DNA of 63,801 nt, counting the filler. It is 6 parts of 6 records of this genome, joined end to end, with 100 filler letters (N's around TTAATTAATTAA, not from the genome) between each part and the next. Parts side by side here need not be neighbours in the genome. Positions count along the whole stretch, not along the records: positions 58,134 to 63,801 come from DRR723986_20050; 5 more parts are not named here. One strand, written 5' to 3'. The notes below the pieces were generated by a model that did not search any database, had not been told where the DNA came from, and saw only the letters and a list, made by a program, of their open reading frames with translations. A program made the translations under genes and the position numbers. The number at the start of each line of letters is the position of its first letter. Within the stretch, counting starts at the first letter, position 1. Positions 58,134-63,801 of the stretch are shown here, in pieces.

Positions 58134-58372
58134 CTGGCCGGCTCGGCTCCGGGCATCGGCTGTGCATACGCCACCATTCCGTGTTTTTTCAGCACCGCCA
58201 GATACTTCTCGGCCTGAACCTGCTCAAGCTTGTTACGAATGACGACCGGTTGCCCACTGAACATGCGGTCCAGCTGCTCGACGCTGGCCTTGAACAGGGC
58301 CCGGGCATTGTTGCGAGCGGTTTCCAGATCGGTGCCTGGTGTGCACTCTCCTTTGAACACGAGCTGGTACAT
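58134..58372 (-). CDS. Hypothetical protein, N-terminal fragment; same apparent family as 43025-43798
   Basis: MYQLVFKGE...LFK....LDRMFSG..VVI......A.KY; AGAGGG ribosome-binding site upstream. Confidence 0.72.
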
Positions 58373-58547
58373 GGCTATCCCTCTGCTTTTACAACAACTG
58401 TTGGTCAATGATAGCTGAAATCACAGGCCACAACAGGCATTAACCAACGCCGGGCCTTACCATCCGGAAATCATTTCAGCATTGCAAACAATTGAAAAAT
58501 CCAGCTTCCACAGGAGGAAAAGTAAGCCACACTCTGCAACAATCAAC

Positions 58548-58574
58548 TGTAACCAAACTTTACACTTGGTTACA
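58548..58574. promoter_or_regulatory. Palindromic operator overlapping a CpxR-like direct repeat
   Basis: TGTAACCAA-N9-TTGGTTACA; minus strand reads GTAAC-N5-GTAAA. Confidence 0.5.
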
Positions 58575-58611
58575 CTAACAAGAATCGCAGATTACGTTCC
58601 GGGAGCCTCAC

Positions 58612-58977
58612 ATGCGCACCAATATTACCGCCCTTCTCTCTGGTCTGGTGCTCGGCTTGTCATCGGCGCAGGTATCCGCCGAAAACCTGGATGTATTGAT
58701 GAGCCAGGTTTTTCAGGCCAATGAAGCCACCTACATCGGCTATGAAAGCATCGAGCGCGAGGACATTCCCGCCCGGGCCAGCGTAGACCGGAAATACCTG
58801 ATTGTGGATTTCCGCTTTCCGAACCGACAGCCGGCCGCCGAACAACTCCAGGCCAGCGTACACAAAGTGTGCATGACCCTGCTGAAAGATCGTGAACTGA
58901 TCCGCTCGCTGTCGGATTCCGGCTACGACATGGTGGCCGTGGCCTTTGACCGCCAGTCCCAGTTTGACTGCCTCTAG
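58612..58977 (+). CDS. Small secreted hypothetical protein
   Basis: Signal peptide ending VSA; GGGAG ribosome-binding site; two Cys. Confidence 0.75.
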   Translation: MRTNITALLSGLVLGLSSAQVSAENLDVLMSQVFQANEATYIGYESIEREDIPARASVDRKYLIVDFRFPNRQPAAEQLQASVHKVCMTLLKDRELIRSLSDSGYDMVAVAFDRQSQFDCL

Positions 58978-58990
58978 CCTGTAGCCCGGG

Positions 58991-61759
58991 CTATTCCTGT
59001 CCCAGTAGGCGGGGGAATGCATCCAGGGCGGTATTCACCGCGTCCAGATTAAAGGCTTCCACATCCGCCAGCAGCTTCTCACCGTAGCGCGTGACCGACG
59101 ATGAGCGGTGCCGCTGCCCCCATTCGATAATGCGCACGGCGAAATCCTTCATCTGTTCCGGGTCGCCGCTCTCGCGCACTTCCTGCCATTCATTACCGAA
59201 GTCTTCAGCCAGTTTTTCCCGCAGCCAGCCCCGCTCATGCATGCTCATGGTCTGGGCCAGCAGGCGCTCGGATTCCTCCGGCGCGCCATCGTCATCAGCC
59301 TGCTCCACCGTCGCTTCTACCCTGGGCAGTACCACCTTGAACGTCGAGCCCACATTGGCCTCACTTTTCACGGTCAGTCTGCCGCCCATCATTTCCACCA
59401 GTTTACGGCTGATCGCAAGCCCCAGCCCGGTACCGCCATAACGCCGGGAACTCTGGCCTTCCTGCTGCTCGAAGGCTTCAAAAATGCGCTCCTGCTGGTC
59501 CGGGGCTATGCCGATACCGGTGTCAGCTACGGTCACCACCAGCCGGTAGTAACAAACCTCGGAATCGGCATCCGCCGGCTCGCCCAGCGGCTTGGCCACC
59601 GCTCGCACGGTAACCCCGCCCTCGTGGGTGAATTTGATGGCATTGCCCACCAGATTAAACAGCACCTGTCGCAAGCGGGTTTCGTCCAGCATCATCGCCG
59701 AGGGCATACCCGACCCCACGCTCACTTCCAGGGTAATGCCCTGCTCCGTCGCCCGCAGGTCAAAGATGTGGCGGACATCACTGAGCAGCCGGCGCACGGA
59801 CACAGGGCCGAAATCCAGGCGCATCTTGCCGGCCTCGATCCGCGACAGGTCCAGAATGTCATTGATCAGCATCAGGAGGCTTCGACTGCCCGCCCGGATG
59901 GCATTGAGGTAATTGCGCTGCTGAGGATCTGTGACTGAATTGTAGAGCAGATCGCTGTAGCCAATCACCGCGTTCATAGGCGTTCGGATTTCATGGGACA
60001 TGTTGGCCAGGAATTCGCTCTTGGCACGGCTCGCAGCCTCCGCTTCCCGAGCCAGCCGCTCCGCCTCAAGCTTGGCAGCACGGAGTTCATCCTCACTCCG
60101 GCGCAGCGCGTTCTCGGACCGGATTCGCTCATCCACTTCCAGTGAAAGTTTGCGGTTCCAGTACAGGAAGATCAGCACCACCACTATGGCTATCAGAATG
60201 ATCCGCCGAACCACGGTGTAATCGGCTTCCTGTTCGATATCCAGGTGAATCCAGCGATTATAGATGGCTTCGGTTTCGGACGTCGGCAGACTGCCCAGCG
60301 CCTTGTTCAGAATGCGGTGGAGCTCAGGCTGGGCCGGGCTGACCGCCAGTCTCAGATCGTACTGGTAAGGGGTAATACTGGTGATCCTCAGGTTCGACAG
60401 ACCGAGCCGTGCCACCGTGTAGCTTACCGCCGGGATATGCGTCACCATCACATCCAGATCGCCGTTGGAAAGCGCAAGCAGCCCGTCTTCCACGGTCTGC
60501 TGGGGATAGAGGTCGAGATTCGGATGATTGATCAGCAGATAGTCATGACTGGCCTGGCGGTTTACCACGCCGACCCGTTCATCCCGAAGTTCACGCAGGT
60601 CTCCGATAAAGCGACCGGTGTCGCGGATCGCCAGCGCAATGGGCACGTTGACATAGGCCCGGGTGAACAGGAATTCCTGCTCGGTACGAGGCGTGCGGGA
60701 CATGCCGGGAAGCACGTCCAGCTCACCGGATTTCAGTTTTTCCTCGGCACCGGCCCGACTGTCTACCGTCACTCGCTGGAAGCGAATCCCCAGATCCTTC
60801 TCCAGCCGGCTGAGCAAGTCGGCGACCAGCCCCGTGGGCCGGCCATCCTGTTCAAACTCGAACGGCGGCCAGTCCGGCCTCAGTCCGACGGTAATCTCCG
60901 AGTTACTGGCCAGCCATTCCAGTTCACCGGCGGTCAGGGCCACGTTTCGGGTCTCGACTTCGGGCAGCTCCCCCGCCAACCAGGACTGGCGAATATTGCG
61001 ATGTTCCTGATGGGTCAGTGACGATACCGTGCGATCAAACACCCGAAACATGCGCTCCTGTTCAATGGGAACCTGCAGCACCACATCCACAGGTCGCCGA
61101 TCCAGCAACACCGCCAGCCCGACACCGTTGATCATCGCCGATTCGAGGTAGTCAGACACCACCGGAACCGGCCCGAGAAAAGCATCTGCCTCGCCCGACA
61201 TAACCCGGCTGACGGCCTCACCCAGGCTGGAAACCGGTACCGGCGTAAAGCTTTCCACCGGGTCCAGCAGCGGAAACTGATTGGGGTCGTCGCCGACAAT
61301 GACAACCTTCGCTGCCTCCAGATCAGACAGAGTCCGGATTGCCGGGTCGCCGGCATTCACAAACACGCCGTAGGTGAGTGACATCAAGGGCGCTGTGTGT
61401 CGCACGCCGGGAATAACCGGGGCGCCGGGCAGTCGGGTGGTCAGGATCAGGTCCGGCTCTGGCCGCTCAGTGCCCAGCATCTGGTTCATCAGAAAGGGCT
61501 CAATGGGCAATCCCAGCTTGGAGGACAGGCGGTTGAGGTAGTCCACCCAGATGCCCGCCATGCGCCCCTCCCCGGTATCGAACACCAGCGGCACCTGGGT
61601 ATGCCTGACCCCCACATTGAAGCCATCCTGTTCTGCCAGCCAACGCAGATCTTCAACGCCCAGTACGGGCGCCGGCGAATTCTGGGGTGGATCCGCCAAC
61701 ACGGCCCCTTGAAAAAGCAGCAACAGGAGGCAAAACATGAACTGTGAACGAGACTTCAC
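58991..61759 (-). CDS. Sensor histidine kinase with two periplasmic solute-binding domains (BvgS/EvgS-like)
   Basis: Two SBP-family-3-like domains (WPPFE, G...DL), TM helix, [37 protein letters not shown]. Confidence 0.9.
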   Translation of the reverse strand: MKSRSQFMFCLLLLLFQGAVLADPPQNSPAPVLGVEDLRWLAEQDGFNVGVRHTQVPLVFDTGEGRMAGIWVDYLNRLSSKLGLPIEPFLMNQMLGTERPEPDLILTTRLPGAPVIPGVRHTAPLMSLTYGVFVNAGDPAIRTLSDLEAAKVVIVGDDPNQFPLLDPVESFTPVPVSSLGEAVSRVMSGEADAFLGPVPVVSDYLESAMINGVGLAVLLDRRPVDVVLQVPIEQERMFRVFDRTVSSLTHQEHRNIRQSWLAGELPEVETRNVALTAGELEWLASNSEITVGLRPDWPPFEFEQDGRPTGLVADLLSRLEKDLGIRFQRVTVDSRAGAEEKLKSGELDVLPGMSRTPRTEQEFLFTRAYVNVPIALAIRDTGRFIGDLRELRDERVGVVNRQASHDYLLINHPNLDLYPQQTVEDGLLALSNGDLDVMVTHIPAVSYTVARLGLSNLRITSITPYQYDLRLAVSPAQPELHRILNKALGSLPTSETEAIYNRWIHLDIEQEADYTVVRRIILIAIVVVLIFLYWNRKLSLEVDERIRSENALRRSEDELRAAKLEAERLAREAEAASRAKSEFLANMSHEIRTPMNAVIGYSDLLYNSVTDPQQRNYLNAIRAGSRSLLMLINDILDLSRIEAGKMRLDFGPVSVRRLLSDVRHIFDLRATEQGITLEVSVGSGMPSAMMLDETRLRQVLFNLVGNAIKFTHEGGVTVRAVAKPLGEPADADSEVCYYRLVVTVADTGIGIAPDQQERIFEAFEQQEGQSSRRYGGTGLGLAISRKLVEMMGGRLTVKSEANVGSTFKVVLPRVEATVEQADDDGAPEESERLLAQTMSMHERGWLREKLAEDFGNEWQEVRESGDPEQMKDFAVRIIEWGQRHRSSSVTRYGEKLLADVEAFNLDAVNTALDAFPRLLGQE

Positions 61760-61855
61760 TGGATATCCTCGGCGGGTCCACTACATTTCAGGAAAACCAT
61801 ACCTGCAAACGGGCAGGATTGCATTTTGCCAATGAGCTGATGGAGGTACGTAACC

Positions 61856-62089
61856 ATGGACACCAGCAAACACAGCCTGAGCACCCTGTTCGAACAACTG
61901 GGTCTGCCCTCCGGTCAATCGGAAGTCGAGCATTTCATCGCCCGACATTCACCATTACCCAGTGAAGTCGCTATCCAGGATGCGCCCTTCTGGTCAGAGA
62001 GCCAGTCCCATTTTCTGGAGGAAGGGCTGGAAGACGACAGCGACTGGGCGGAGGTGATTGATGAACTGGATGCCCTGCTAAGGCACTGA
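61856..62089 (+). CDS. DUF2789-family small protein
   Basis: LF.QLGL.S....I..H...DAPFW..SQ..FL.E....D.DWAE.IDEL...L; GGAGG ribosome-binding site. Confidence 0.8.
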   Translation: MDTSKHSLSTLFEQLGLPSGQSEVEHFIARHSPLPSEVAIQDAPFWSESQSHFLEEGLEDDSDWAEVIDELDALLRH

Positions 62090-62098
62090 TTGGCTGCG

Positions 62099-63484
62099 TC
62101 AGAGCACCGACACCCGATTTCGGCCCTCATCCTTGGCCTGATAGAGGGCCCGATCAGCCCGGTCAAACACCGACTCTTCGGTGTCGTCGTCCTGAAAACC
62201 GGTCAGCCCCGCTGAAAAGGTAATGCTTACCGGCTCGCCGCTGAAATGGAACGGCAGGCCAGATACATGTTCGCGCAGGGAATCCAATACCTTGCGGGCT
62301 TCATCTGTGGTCGTTTCCGGCAGAAGCACCACAAACTCCTCGCCACCGAACCGGGCGATAAAATCCGTCGACCGCAGGCGAGTGCTCATCTCCCGGGCCA
62401 CCAACTGCAGCACGCGATCCCCTGCCTTGTGGCCATAGGAATCGTTGATGCGCTTGAACAGATCCACGTCCAGCACAGCCACCGTGAGCGGGTGCCGGTA
62501 GCGCAACCAGCGATTGTATTCAAACGACAGCCGCTCCTGCCAGGCTTCACGGTTGGGCAGCTGGGTGAGCAGATCGGTCAGGGCTCGCTGACGCTCTTCA
62601 CGCACCTGGGCCTGCATCTGTTCCGAATGGGCCTCCATGGCCGCGACTTTCTCCTGCATGGCTTCCAGTTGGTTCGCCAGCAGTTTTTCACGCTCGCTTT
62701 CCGACGTCCGGAACCGCTCCAGCGCACTGCCAATAAATTCCAGGCGTTGACTGACCGACTGCTTCAAAGCTTGAATATCCTCGCTGGCGCGGATGTCATC
62801 CCCCACCTTGTCCAGCTCGGCACGGATTTCCCGGTCCAGCGTTGCTGTGGCGTCCTGCCGGCCAGTCTGGACATCGCTCTGCTGGGCAAAATGCTCCCGT
62901 AACGCCTGCAAGCGCTCATCCAAGCGTTTCAGGAAGGCCTCGAATTCGCGCTGGCTGCGGGTGATGGCGGCGATCACCAGGTCGGCGACCCGGTTCAGCC
63001 CCTCCCGGAGCACTTCCCAGTCGTTGCTGGTCAGCAAGGTCTGCTGTAATTCCCGGGCTTCTGCTTCTGCGGCCGGCTCCAGGGAAGCCTGTTGCAACAG
63101 TTGCCCCAGTAACTGGCCGATGCGGCGTGCAATTCTCAGTCGCTGTGTGGTATCCGCCAGATCCACACCTTCTGCCGGGGCTTGCGGTTCCGGTGTGGGC
63201 GACACAGCCTGAGGCCCGGCCTGCTCGTCCAGCAGGGTAATCTGCCGGTCAATCTGGTCCTGCAGCTCCCGCCAATGCTGCAGGTTGATCTGCTTCTTAC
63301 GGATATCCTCCCGCAACCGACCCAACAATTCGTCCAGCTCCGGTCGCTGTCCTTCAGAGGCCAGACTGGTTCGTACCAGCATTCTTTCCAGCAGATTACG
63401 TTCGGATTCCCACTGTTTTTCCCGATGCTCTGCTTCTTCCAGTTCCCTGAGATATTTCTCTTTCCAGGAATCTTCAGATGCCAT
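62099..63484 (-). CDS. Diguanylate cyclase with a long coiled-coil N-terminus
   Basis: TDLLTQLPNR, DVDLFKRINDSYGHKAGD, RSTD I-site, RFGGEEF, ADRALYQAK..GRN. Confidence 0.92.
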   Translation of the reverse strand: MASEDSWKEKYLRELEEAEHREKQWESERNLLERMLVRTSLASEGQRPELDELLGRLREDIRKKQINLQHWRELQDQIDRQITLLDEQAGPQAVSPTPEPQAPAEGVDLADTTQRLRIARRIGQLLGQLLQQASLEPAAEAEARELQQTLLTSNDWEVLREGLNRVADLVIAAITRSQREFEAFLKRLDERLQALREHFAQQSDVQTGRQDATATLDREIRAELDKVGDDIRASEDIQALKQSVSQRLEFIGSALERFRTSESEREKLLANQLEAMQEKVAAMEAHSEQMQAQVREERQRALTDLLTQLPNREAWQERLSFEYNRWLRYRHPLTVAVLDVDLFKRINDSYGHKAGDRVLQLVAREMSTRLRSTDFIARFGGEEFVVLLPETTTDEARKVLDSLREHVSGLPFHFSGEPVSITFSAGLTGFQDDDTEESVFDRADRALYQAKDEGRNRVSVL

Positions 63485-63495
63485 GAACTACTCCC

Positions 63496-63801
63496 TTACT
63501 GGCCGGCACGATGCTCTTCCTCTTCACACCCTGTGCGATCGGTCGTTCGGCGGCGCGCCCGGGGATGGCTCTGATCATAAACCCGGGCAAGATGTTGAAA
63601 GTCAAGATGAGTATAGACCTGGGTTGTGGCAATGTCCGCATGACCCAGCAATTCCTGAACCGCGCGCAGGTCGCCACTGGATTCCAGCATGTGACTGGCA
63701 AAGGAATGCCTGAGCAGGTGGGGGTGCAAACGCTGGTCCGCGCCGTGCAGAATACCCCAGCGAGACAGGCGACTCTGGATACTGCGCCGGCTCAGACGGG
63801 T
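63496..63801 (-). CDS. xerC: Tyrosine recombinase XerC, C-terminal part (5' end beyond the window)
   Basis: [30 protein letters not shown]...[21 protein letters not shown]. Confidence 0.92.
   Translation of the reverse strand, partial: TRLSRRSIQSRLSRWGILHGADQRLHPHLLRHSFASHMLESSGDLRAVQELLGHADIATTQVYTHLDFQHLARVYDQSHPRARRRTTDRTGCEEEEHRAGQ

Noticed and set aside
63496..63801. Tyrosine recombinase as a phage or island integrase
   Set aside because: The [16 protein letters not shown] and HLDFQHLA signatures are those of chromosomal XerC

Overview
The window is not one locus. It is six unrelated contigs joined by five identical artificial 100-nt spacers (44 N + TTAATTAATTAA + 44 N), most likely from a marine metagenome. 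(1) 1-12841, Rhodobacteraceae-like: serB, then a surface-glycan cluster (manC, a small coiled-coil protein, two paralogous multidomain glycosyltransferases, ugd, a TPR-GT32 protein), ending in an internally deleted IS3. (2) 12942-35918, AT-rich Bacteroidota (Flavobacteriales-like): thrS-infC-rpmI-rplT, a Kir channel-queE-TPR/PD40/OmpA-UbiA-maf run, several envelope proteins and a DEAD-box helicase. (3) 36019-45937, GC-rich gammaproteobacterium (Halieaceae-like): valS, holC, pepA, lptFG, RDD, a two-component pair, AraC, bolA, trhO. (4) 46038-52516, Rhodobacteraceae: lipA, VIT1, M20 peptidase, a GcvT-family dehydrogenase and a GTA-type endolysin-holin pair. (5) 52617-58033, Rhodobacteraceae: clpX, clpP, phoX with Pho boxes, a Hint-domain protein, znuA. 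(6) 58134-63801, Marinobacter-like: sensor kinase, DUF2789, GGDEF protein, xerC. I saw no rRNA, tRNA or CRISPR array. The best candidates for undescribed biology are a recurring ~35-aa module shared by three adjacent glycan-locus proteins, the TPR-GT32 protein, structured non-coding elements in the infC-rpmI-rplT operon, and the tight queE link to a TPR/PD40/OmpA lipoprotein. All family and taxon calls come from motif recognition by eye; no database searches were run.
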